Assembly: GCA_041736175.1 (NCBI GenBank)
Contig: JBGSUI010000242.1
Span: 1-54,479 of the forward strand
Reading direction: 5' to 3'
DNA: 54,479 bases
Source: Oligoflexales bacterium
GTDB lineage: Bacteria > Bdellovibrionota_B > Oligoflexia > Oligoflexales > CAIYRB01
Shown here piece by piece: positions 38,261 through 46,539 of this stretch. How positions within the stretch are numbered: position 1 is the first letter of the stretch; each line of letters opens with the position of its first letter. A program made the position numbers and the translations under genes. The notes beneath the pieces are model-generated. The model was not told where the DNA came from, made no database searches, and worked only from the letters and a program-made list of their open reading frames with translations.

Positions 38261-39441
38261 TTTCAAGAGTTAGAAGCGCATCTTTTCTCATGATCTTTGG
38301 AGCACTCCCTCTGGCTATCACCCATGGTGGATGCGCCACCTCGGGACAGACAACCCTGGAAGACGACAACGAGGATCTTACTGCCCCCAACGAAAAACCG
38401 ACGGGGGCATCTTCTCAGGTCGTGAGTCCAAATTCGGTGGTCTACTGGCAATCATTTTTTAAACCGCCGCCAACGGTCCACGAAAAAGCTCGGCTTGAGT
38501 CTCAATTAAACCAGTGGTCAACTACAACTGACCCCGAAGCCCTTCTCGCAAAGGCCAGGTCCCAGATGGCCGTCGGCCAAAAAAAAGATGCTGAATCAAC
38601 TCTCCTTTATTTGGTTAGAAAAAATCCGGAGCACTTGGAAGGATCTCTCGAACTGGCCAATCTCTTTCTGCAGCTCGAGTCGATTCCAGAAGCCCTAACG
38701 ACTCTGGCAAATATCCAAGAACTCATGGGCCAAGACCGAAAGATAAGTCCAGAATTTTCCTTAAAATATCGCTATACTTTAGCACTTTGTTATATTACCC
38801 AAGGTGATCGGCAACAGGGGCATGGCTTACTCAGCGAAATAATAGGGTATTTCCCACTTTTCGCCCCAGCCTACAGTGCTCTTGCCCAATCATATTTGGA
38901 TTTAGATAATGATCGTCTCGCCGAATTTGTGATTCAAAGGGCTCTTGATCGTATTAAAAACCAACCTAACTTATATAACCTGGCGGGAGCGATTGCCCTC
39001 CAACAACAACAAGACTCAAAGGCGCGAGAGTTTTTTGATACCGCCCTCAGGATCAATAAAAATTTTGCTCCAGCGTTGGTCAATAGAGCCATTCTTAGTT
39101 TTAGAGATCTTGAATACAGTGCCGCTGAAGAAGATCTCATCGTTGCAATGAAGGTGGATCCTATAAATCCCGATACCTTGGCCACCTATGGAATCCTCCA
39201 AATGCGCCTAGGAAACTTCGATCTTGCAAAAAATGCCTTCAATCAGGCCCTTGATTTCAAACCCAATCATGCTATTTCCCGCTTCAATTTGGCGGTATTG
39301 TATTTTGACCATCTTAAAAAGCCAGATGAGGCTCACCGTCTGCTTACGGAAGTCCTCAATATAAAATCCGCTTCAAAGCGGCTAAAATCACAATCAGAAC
39401 AGTATCTTTCAAGGTTGAAAAACCTACAATCTGCATACTAA
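38257..39441 (+). CDS. TPR lipoprotein (GltE/AglT-like)
   Basis: ATGA overlap with the preceding stop, lipobox-like GGC, and tandem TPRs (LAEFVI..A, YN..G, A.VN.A, FNLAVLY). Confidence 0.75.
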   Translation: MISRVRSASFLMIFGALPLAITHGGCATSGQTTLEDDNEDLTAPNEKPTGASSQVVSPNSVVYWQSFFKPPPTVHEKARLESQLNQWSTTTDPEALLAKARSQMAVGQKKDAESTLLYLVRKNPEHLEGSLELANLFLQLESIPEALTTLANIQELMGQDRKISPEFSLKYRYTLALCYITQGDRQQGHGLLSEIIGYFPLFAPAYSALAQSYLDLDNDRLAEFVIQRALDRIKNQPNLYNLAGAIALQQQQDSKAREFFDTALRINKNFAPALVNRAILSFRDLEYSAAEEDLIVAMKVDPINPDTLATYGILQMRLGNFDLAKNAFNQALDFKPNHAISRFNLAVLYFDHLKKPDEAHRLLTEVLNIKSASKRLKSQSEQYLSRLKNLQSAY

Positions 39442-39467
39442 AAATCAAGTCCGCAGTTTTTTTACCG

Positions 39468-40067
39468 ATGAGTGATCTAGGAGGCCTAATGTCCCAAGAT
39501 ACTCCCAAAATGATCATACCAGACCATCACAACTACGACCGCGAAAGCTATATACTAGTCGTGGATGACGACAATACCCTTCTTAAATTTTTCAAGATTC
39601 ATCTTAACAAATTCTTTTCTAAAGTCATCGTTGTAAAAAACGCCAAGGAAGCCATCGATACCCTTCGGGAAAAAGAGATCGATCTAGTTCTGTCAGATAT
39701 TCGGATGCCGCGGATGGACGGTTTGCAATTAATGAAGCGCATCCGTCGACATGATCCGACCATTCCTGTCCTACTGGTCAGTGGTGCCCTCCTTACTGAA
39801 AACCAGGAGATGATTGCCGAGGTAGATGCTGACGGATACCTGCGAAAACCTTTTAATGTTGATGATCTCCATGATTTTATCAACGGTGGAATTGCGAAGC
39901 GCGAGAAATACAAAATAATTGCCGAAAAGATCGTTGAAAAAAAGTTTTTTAGACGTCTTTTGAAAGGAAAAGTTAAGCCCGAAAAAGTTGTATTTGACCC
40001 CGGCGAAAAAACCAATTTAGAAACCTTGCTCCTTGAGCTTAAGACGCCGTTTAAGAAAGCCAGTTAG
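39468..40067 (+). CDS. Response regulator receiver protein with short C-terminal extension
   Basis: Motifs ILVVDDD, DLVLSDIRMPRMDG, VSG and YLRKPF. Confidence 0.92.
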   Translation: MSDLGGLMSQDTPKMIIPDHHNYDRESYILVVDDDNTLLKFFKIHLNKFFSKVIVVKNAKEAIDTLREKEIDLVLSDIRMPRMDGLQLMKRIRRHDPTIPVLLVSGALLTENQEMIAEVDADGYLRKPFNVDDLHDFINGGIAKREKYKIIAEKIVEKKFFRRLLKGKVKPEKVVFDPGEKTNLETLLLELKTPFKKAS

Positions 40068-40096
40068 GTCACATAAGACCAGTATTGATTCCCTGC

Positions 40097-40525
40097 CTAT
40101 GATTCCCTTAATTTCCACAAGAGTCCTACTGCTTGGCTTCCAATTGATACCAAGGCTGCTGACAGACAAAATCCAATTACAACCCCTAGATAATCAAAAT
40201 TTTCGGTGGGAATGATTTGACCCCTAGCCACCATTAAAAACGACATAGCAAAGCTTCCTAAACCTAAACCTATAGTCTGAAGAATTTTAAATGTATTTTT
40301 TAGCCGTGAATACGGCATCGTAAGTCCCAGACAGATGTGTAAGATTCCAAATAGATTAGTATGTCCATGGGCACTTTTTTGCATTAGACTCATCCATGTG
40401 TCAGTAAGATTTTGTTCTCTCATAAATTTATAGGTAAGATCAGTGGCGATAAAACTTCCGGCTGCGGCCGCTAAAAAGACGATAGAGAATCCGATAAACA
40501 TATTAACGATTCCAATTTTTGGCAT
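40097..40525 (-). CDS. Small 4-TM membrane protein
   Basis: Hydrophobic segments and an AHGH.NL.G motif. Confidence 0.65.
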   Translation of the reverse strand: MPKIGIVNMFIGFSIVFLAAAAGSFIATDLTYKFMREQNLTDTWMSLMQKSAHGHTNLFGILHICLGLTMPYSRLKNTFKILQTIGLGLGSFAMSFLMVARGQIIPTENFDYLGVVIGFCLSAALVSIGSQAVGLLWKLRES

Positions 40526-40637
40526 ATTACCTTTCCTTTGTTCTGCTATGATACAATTTCATTACAGTACCTTAGTTTACTATCATTGTGTCTCTTAACC
40601 CAAGGGCTTCGCTCTAATAAATTGAGATTTCAACAAA

Positions 40638-41294
40638 GTGGCTAGCTTCATGACATTACCAAATTGGAAAAATAAAGCGATCTTGGTTGGCACCTTTTTC
40701 CTCTGGTCTTTTGGCGCGGTACAACCCGCTTTTGCGGGTCTATATTTGACTGGCTCGATTTCATCATCGACCTCAAACGTAAGATTTCAGACCCTTGAAT
40801 CCCGTTACGGAAGTGGCTCGATTGGCTTTGATTTAGGACGATATATTAGACTCCAATACACATACAGCCAAGAATTTGCATATTCTTACGGTTTTAAAGA
40901 TAAATCAACATCAACTGCAGACGCCCAGCTAGCCGTCGAAAATAACTGTGCCAACTGTATTGAGTCTCAATCGATGACAAGAGTCATCGGTAATTCCGTC
41001 GACCTCCAGGTGGTCCTCTACGAGGGTGTGGTTCTCGTCCCCTATATCATGATGGGGGGAATCATAAAAACCTACGAATTTCGTATCATTGAAAATGGCG
41101 AAGAATCCGGCCAAGATCCTATCCCAATGGGCCCCCTTCCCAACCTCGGCGCTGGGTTAGGAATCCGCCTAAATCGAGCGTTTACTCTTAAGCTCTCATA
41201 CCTTACCTCACCTGGAGTGACCCAAACAAGGGGTGAAGAGCCTCGCCAGGCCTGGGATCGCAAAGTCACACTAGGCTTAACTTACCAAATCTAG
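40638..41294 (+). CDS. Outer-membrane beta-barrel protein (8-strand type)
   Basis: Signal peptide, alternating strands, PY..GG, GAGLG and terminal GLTYQI. Confidence 0.75.
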   Translation: MASFMTLPNWKNKAILVGTFFLWSFGAVQPAFAGLYLTGSISSSTSNVRFQTLESRYGSGSIGFDLGRYIRLQYTYSQEFAYSYGFKDKSTSTADAQLAVENNCANCIESQSMTRVIGNSVDLQVVLYEGVVLVPYIMMGGIIKTYEFRIIENGEESGQDPIPMGPLPNLGAGLGIRLNRAFTLKLSYLTSPGVTQTRGEEPRQAWDRKVTLGLTYQI

Positions 41295-41387
41295 GTTTGG
41301 TTTTAGTTTTTTCTATGGGTCACTCACATTTAGAGTCCAAATGCCGAAATAACTATAGGGTATCCTATAGGTTAAGAGAGGGCATGA

Positions 41388-43202
41388 TTGAGTACTCAGT
41401 ATAAAATATGGCTGGCACTAATTGTTACAATTTTTTGTGTGCTTACGGCCGTTTGGCAGGTCTCTAACTTTAAGGGAAGTCGGGCACGAGGACGTCGTCG
41501 CAAGAATGCTAAAGATGAGGCTGATAAAAAACGATATAGCGACAAAAAAAGATTCACCTCACTCGAAAAGAAAATGCTAGCCCAAGCCAAGAGGATGCTG
41601 AGCACAGGTAAAATCGCATCCGGCGCGAGACTCTTAGAACAGCTCGGGATGCATCGGGAAGCTATCCAAGCGCTAGAAGAAAGAGGATTTATTCATGAGG
41701 CCGCAAAAGTGCTGATGCGCCTACAGCGCCATAACCGAGCTGGGGTGATTTATGCTCGTCACGGAATGTGGGAATATGCTGCACAGTGTTTTAAGGTTGC
41801 CAATATGCCTCTTGAAGTCGCTAAGTGTTCGAAAGAAGCTGGAGACCATGCAATGGCCGCTGAGTATTTTGAAAAGGCCGAACGCTTTGAGGAAGCAGCC
41901 GATTTCCATTTTATAAATGGATCGATACGCAAAGCTGCAGAACTCTTTTTACGGGGTGGAGTCCACGTGAAGGCAGTCGTGGCCTATAATAAAGTTGGCA
42001 TAGAAGAAAAAAACTTAGCCTCACTCAAATTTTCCCCGGCTGAAATCGATTTTATTTGTCTATCCCTCGAAAATCGGGAGGTTCTAAGCTCAAACTACGA
42101 CGGCCTCGTCAATATTTTATACACTACGGATCGAGCTGTAAAACTCCTCATTAAAATTATCGAGTCTGGTTTTACCGATCAAGGCGCCTTGATGTATGAG
42201 AAATCACCCGTTGATTTGGGTCCACAAATCATGTCCGAAATCAACTACCAAAACAACCTCGCCGAAAATTTTGCGACTGTTTTTGTAAACGCTAAAGCAT
42301 TTAACTATGCTGGTATGGTCTATGAAAAAATGAAGTCCTTTATCAAGGCGGGCGACTCCTTTGAAAAAGCTGACGAGATCGACCGAGCCATCTATTGTTA
42401 CGAACGGGGAGGAGTCGCCGTTAAGGTCAACTACCTCAAGGCTAAGAAAAAGGAAATTCGTCCCAAAAAGGAGGAGGCTAGGGGTGGAAATCTCTTTGCT
42501 TTGGAAGACACAGATCCTACGTCCAAGGGCGCTGACGATCGGATTGGCAATCGAAATCAACTGGTCCCTGATCCGAAGGATAGCCCACAAATTTCCACCG
42601 AAGAATCCACACGACTGATATCACTGGTTATGCCTGACAACCCACCAGAGCACTACATACCTCCACTCCCGCCAGCAAAGCCTCCTTCCCCTGACATAAA
42701 AGTTATGACCTTTACCCTCGACCCGGATCCAAATAACCCGTCAGCTAACCAGGAGGAATATCGCGATATCTTTTGCAAGGCTAAATTTCTAGCAGACCTA
42801 AAGAACGAACAAAAACTGAGCCTGTGGGATCTTGGGTCCTTACGGAAAGTAGCAAAAAGCGAAAAAATCCTGTCGTACCGAGAAGATCCGGTGGGCCTCT
42901 ATGTTATTCTAGGGGGAAAAGTCGACTGTTACAAAATAGTCAACAATAGTGAAGTATTCTTGGACCAAATGAAAGCACCGGATAGCTTTGGGGAATTGTG
43001 GCTTCTGACAGACACGCCAAGTTCCATCAAGTTTGTAGCCGCCGAAGACGTCACACTTCGAGTCATAGACAGACTGCAATTTAACCAATTGCTGGATAAA
43101 GATGGAACAGTTGCAGTTAAGTTGTACAAAAAGTTGACATCACGACTCCTTATCCGTCAGCTAAACACTCAAAATGATAAAACTAAAAAGGAAGTTTCCT
43201 AA
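41388..43202 (+). CDS. Membrane-anchored alpha-solenoid (TPR/clathrin-like repeat) protein with C-terminal cyclic-nucleotide-binding domain
   Basis: N-terminal TM, repeated AA..FEKA motifs, Pro-rich linker and LYVIL.G.V...FGEL.LL motif. Confidence 0.75.
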   Translation: MSTQYKIWLALIVTIFCVLTAVWQVSNFKGSRARGRRRKNAKDEADKKRYSDKKRFTSLEKKMLAQAKRMLSTGKIASGARLLEQLGMHREAIQALEERGFIHEAAKVLMRLQRHNRAGVIYARHGMWEYAAQCFKVANMPLEVAKCSKEAGDHAMAAEYFEKAERFEEAADFHFINGSIRKAAELFLRGGVHVKAVVAYNKVGIEEKNLASLKFSPAEIDFICLSLENREVLSSNYDGLVNILYTTDRAVKLLIKIIESGFTDQGALMYEKSPVDLGPQIMSEINYQNNLAENFATVFVNAKAFNYAGMVYEKMKSFIKAGDSFEKADEIDRAIYCYERGGVAVKVNYLKAKKKEIRPKKEEARGGNLFALEDTDPTSKGADDRIGNRNQLVPDPKDSPQISTEESTRLISLVMPDNPPEHYIPPLPPAKPPSPDIKVMTFTLDPDPNNPSANQEEYRDIFCKAKFLADLKNEQKLSLWDLGSLRKVAKSEKILSYREDPVGLYVILGGKVDCYKIVNNSEVFLDQMKAPDSFGELWLLTDTPSSIKFVAAEDVTLRVIDRLQFNQLLDKDGTVAVKLYKKLTSRLLIRQLNTQNDKTKKEVS

Positions 43203-43211
43203 GTTTCTCTT

Positions 43212-43227
43212 TGGCACCAAATATGCA
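43212..43227 (+). promoter_or_regulatory. Sigma54 (-24/-12) promoter
   Basis: TGGCACCAAATATGCA (GG-N10-GC). Confidence 0.65.
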
Positions 43228-43280
43228 GGACTTTAGGTGTCGTATCACCAACTGACTTGTATGTGCCCAAGGAGCTTTTT

Positions 43281-43520
43281 ATGTCTAAGCACCGAATCAT
43301 CTGTTTCTCCCATCGCCAGTACACCGGTCAAGAGTCACCTGTCCTAACTTGTAAGGTATGTTGCGGGATCTTTGTGGCCAAAATGAAGTCAAAGATCGCT
43401 GAAAGGGACCGACAACTAGCGGCTTCCTATAGCGGCTCTAGTGCGACAACCCTGGCCAATGAGAGCGACGTGTCGAATATTGAACAAGGATCGTTCTCAT
43501 TTAATCCAGGATCTATTTAG
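43281..43520 (+). CDS. Small Cys/His-rich (putative Zn-binding) protein
   Basis: ATG at 43281 with AAGGAG RBS; motif C-x2-H-x2-Y-x-G-x3-P-x3-C-x2-CC. Confidence 0.65.
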   Translation: MSKHRIICFSHRQYTGQESPVLTCKVCCGIFVAKMKSKIAERDRQLAASYSGSSATTLANESDVSNIEQGSFSFNPGSI

Positions 43521-43656
43521 TCTAAATTTGGAGTTAGACGGATGGTTGCGTTTCTGGACAAAGGCGGCAGGACCGTGCATGGTCGGCGTGGATGCCAGGT
43601 ATGAGAAGTAATCCTCACGAAAAGCATATACCTCACTAAAAGAGTGAGGTATTCAA
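43519..43656 (+). mobile_element. Probable IS200/IS605 right-end remnant (tnpB tail and terminal hairpin)
   Basis: Frame from 43519 reads SLNLELDG...*, like TnpB (N)AxxNIxxxG. Perfect hairpin ATACCTCACT-aaaag-AGTGAGGTAT at 43628-43652, followed by TCAA. Confidence 0.5.
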
Positions 43657-43824
43657 ACTGCGGCGATAGACATCACTGGGCTACAGCTCCTTGAGGGCGC
43701 CCTGCCCAGACGCGCAATGTCGCATGTGCTGGAGTGGGCATTTGAACATCGTCGGGAACTTTTGGACAATTGGGAGCTTGCGCGACATGGAACTAAACTC
43801 AAAAAAATCGCCCCCCTCGAATGA
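43657..43824 (+). pseudogene. 5'-truncated DUF4160 (DhiT-like toxin) gene
   Basis: Translates to TAAIDITGLQLLEGALPRRAMSHVLEWAFEHRRELLDNWELARHGTKLKKIAPLE*. There is no start codon, an in-frame stop lies at 43645, and the N-terminal H.PPHFH motif is missing. Confidence 0.85.
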
Positions 43825-43840
43825 GGTAGGATTTCGTCAC

Positions 43841-44089
43841 ATGAATGTTGTGGTTACATCGGTCAGTTACCTTGGGGACTATCGATTGCGCCTGACATTC
43901 AAAGACGGTGCCACTAAAATTGTAGATCTGAAGGACCGACTCCAAGGCCGAAACGGAGTCTTCGCTGAGTTGCTGGACAAATCTTACTTTGCGAAGGTTA
44001 AGGTAAATGCCGAGAGCGGCACCATCGAATGGCCAAACGAAGTCGATTGGGCACCTGACGTGCTATACCAAATCGGCGAAGATCTATAA
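43841..44089 (+). CDS. DUF2442 domain protein (DhiA-like antitoxin)
   Basis: Motif V..V....Y.L.L.F.DG....VDL......GVF..L.D...F..V....GTI.WPN..D.APD.LY. Confidence 0.88.
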   Translation: MNVVVTSVSYLGDYRLRLTFKDGATKIVDLKDRLQGRNGVFAELLDKSYFAKVKVNAESGTIEWPNEVDWAPDVLYQIGEDL

Positions 44090-44091
44090 TA

Positions 44092-44157
44092 CACTTTGCC
44101 CAATTGAGTGACCCACGCATAGAGCGACACAAGCGGCATAAGTTACTACTTATCTGA
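44092..44157 (+). pseudogene. ISAs1-family transposase N-terminal fragment
   Basis: HFAQLSDPRIERHKRHKL matches the ISAs1 F..L.DPR...K.H.L motif, followed by a stop. Confidence 0.7.
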
Positions 44158-44265
44158 AACTATTCGAGACCTCGGCGTTCAAGCACTTGACTCCAGACAG
44201 ATCCACGCAGATGCGACTTTGACGGTAGCTCCATTGTTTAAACAAATTTAGTCTCAAAAAATCCG

Positions 44266-45222
44266 CTAGCGAGCCCTAGGGACCTCTATCCTGATTCTAT
44301 AGTAGTAGTAAAGATCATCATAACTGGTCACCCGTAAGTTATATAGAGATGAACGCTGCGGCCAAACAGCATAATTTCCAATAAGAGGCAGGTTTTCGAC
44401 ATAAACAAAGGGGTCCCCACCTTGTAGGTCGACTCGTTTTGCGTTCCTTACTTGCCAGCGCAGCTCAGACGCTTGTCCGGGTTCCACCACAAAGGGAGCG
44501 GCGGTAAAATAGTCGATCGTCGGAGTGATAAACACCGCGACTGTGATCTGTTGCGATAAGTAATAATTTCCTGGCCCCATTACAGTTAAAGTATAGATGG
44601 TCGTCTTTTCTGGAAACAGCTCCAAACTGTTTTCTTTTGCTAAATCACTATATGTTATGTTTTTTGTGGCATCAAACAGAGAGATTCGTTGTCCTCCGCT
44701 CACTCGCCAAAAAATCCGCACTGGTTCCAAGCTGTAAAGAACTGGAGTTGACGCATAAAATTGGTCGATTCTTGGTGGAGCCACGGCGATCGTCAGTGCT
44801 TGGGTCGCCCTTTGACCATTTTCATGATAGGCGGTTAGAGTATAAGTCGCGGTTAACTCAGGCCAAACCTCAATATAGTTTTCGTTCCCTAACGCCGGCA
44901 GGACAAGATTTCTATACCCATCGTGTATATCCACCCGGTAGGCATTTGAAACCTTCCACGAGAGGGCCACCGGTCTCACTGTATCGATGGCTGTTTCAGA
45001 ACTCCTGAAAAACTCTATAGACGGTCCGACCTCCTGCTGGCCAAAAACCATGGGATTGATCCCAAGACAACAAACCACAACTATACAAATCTGGATAATG
45101 CCCTTTCTGATGCGCCGCCCCCTTAGCACTTGCTCGCGCTCTTGGTGTAAAAGTGGTCCCAAAATATTGGCGATATTCATTTTTCTCCCCCTTTTCGATA
45201 GAATGATGTTCAGGTTGTCCAT
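44266..45222 (-). CDS. Secreted protein with three tandem Ig-like repeats
   Basis: Three copies of P.I..F.....P..L.W.V..A..V.....L......V.P.....Y.L. The true start is probably downstream of 45222. Confidence 0.7.
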   Translation of the reverse strand: MDNLNIILSKRGRKMNIANILGPLLHQEREQVLRGRRIRKGIIQICIVVVCCLGINPMVFGQQEVGPSIEFFRSSETAIDTVRPVALSWKVSNAYRVDIHDGYRNLVLPALGNENYIEVWPELTATYTLTAYHENGQRATQALTIAVAPPRIDQFYASTPVLYSLEPVRIFWRVSGGQRISLFDATKNITYSDLAKENSLELFPEKTTIYTLTVMGPGNYYLSQQITVAVFITPTIDYFTAAPFVVEPGQASELRWQVRNAKRVDLQGGDPFVYVENLPLIGNYAVWPQRSSLYNLRVTSYDDLYYYYRIRIEVPRAR

Positions 45223-45252
45223 AATAAATCAGCGTCCCAAAAAAGAGCTTAC

Positions 45253-45936
45253 ATGATAGATCCGTGGAAAAATATTGATTCCTACTGTGAACGCCTGGAT
45301 GTTACGCTGCTCAGCGAACCCCTCAATCTATGCTCAAATATAGGCTTTATCGTAGCGGCCTGGATGGTCCAAAGAGATTCCCAGACTCTACCTCCAGCAC
45401 AAAGAGCGTCTATCAAGAGACTCTATGGTCTTATTTATTGCATCGGGATTGGTTCGAGTCTGTTCCATAGCTTTGCAAATCTTGTGACGATGGCTCTGGA
45501 TGTGCTCCCCATCAGCCTCTATATCATCTATTTCCTAGGACACTGGAATACTACCCTTATGGGTTATAGCCCCAAGAAATCGGCCTCGATCCTTGGTCTC
45601 TGGCTGCTTTTGACCCTCGTTTTAAGCTTTGGATTGAAATCCTTACCCCTCGCCGGGTCACAAACTTACTTGAGTGTTGCCCTGTTTTTACCTTGGATGG
45701 CCTACCAACAAAAGGCGATTTTTTCAGCCAGTTCCACCTATAAGTCGTTTGAATACCCCCAAGATTTGACACTCGCCTCCATTATTTTTATAGCTTCTTT
45801 ATTATTTAGAACTATAGATCCCTTCATCTGTCCTCTTTGGCAGTATGGCACCCATTTTTTATGGCACCTACTCAATAGCATCTTATTATTTCTTACGGCC
45901 TCTAATAGCATTAAGATTCAAAATCTAAAAAAATGA
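45253..45936 (+). CDS. Ceramidase-like (CREST superfamily) membrane protein
   Basis: Motifs YCER, EPLN..SN, GSSLFH, D.LPI and GTHFLWH. Confidence 0.85.
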   Translation: MIDPWKNIDSYCERLDVTLLSEPLNLCSNIGFIVAAWMVQRDSQTLPPAQRASIKRLYGLIYCIGIGSSLFHSFANLVTMALDVLPISLYIIYFLGHWNTTLMGYSPKKSASILGLWLLLTLVLSFGLKSLPLAGSQTYLSVALFLPWMAYQQKAIFSASSTYKSFEYPQDLTLASIIFIASLLFRTIDPFICPLWQYGTHFLWHLLNSILLFLTASNSIKIQNLKK

Positions 45937-45945
45937 CTTCTGGGC

Positions 45946-46290
45946 TTACCAGCTGTGTCGGACGAAGCTTGGTCTGTCTCCAAGAGTTCCAGCCCAGAGT
46001 TGATCTAGAAAGATCGCCCAGGGCCAAATATGAATTCCGTCCTGAGTCAATCGATAATGTGGATCCTGACTTATGACTCCTAAATGTCTGATTTGACCCT
46101 CTTCGGCCAATGCGCGTAGCCCTTTCAAAGGCTTATCTGAAACCAAGGTGGTAGCCTTAACTACTAAGGCCAATTCTTGTCCCACCACAAAATCAACTTC
46201 AAATTGTGAGGTGGATCGCCAATATGCAAGGGAATAAGGACTATTCCGGTAAGAAAGGAAGGCTCGCAGCTCAAGCGCGATAAAATGCCC
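45946..46290 (-). pseudogene. C-terminal fragment of an AAA_14/DUF4143-type ATPase-nuclease
   Basis: HFI..EL.A..SY....L.YWR....EVDF...K remains; the ATPase domain is absent. Confidence 0.7.
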
Positions 46291-46539
46291 GGGCATCAGG
46301 AAGGCTGTTGCGAATGAGAGTGCTCTTCCCTGTGGCTCTTGGTCCAAATAGGAAATAGCTCCTTTTACTTAATAAATTTGGTAGGTTAATAATTCTTTTA
46401 TGCATGCTTTATCACCTTCGGCATCACTATCGCCGAATATCATCATAAACGGCGGAGGTCTCGCCGGTTAACCCATTTCTCTGCTTTTCCTATTGGTATT
46501 AAAAACACTTTTTTCCTACGATATGGCACCGTCGTCTCT

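Noticed and set aside
43691..43840. N-terminal extension of the DUF2442 ORF
   Set aside because: It is an off-frame reading of the DUF4160 remnant; the real start is ATG 43841.
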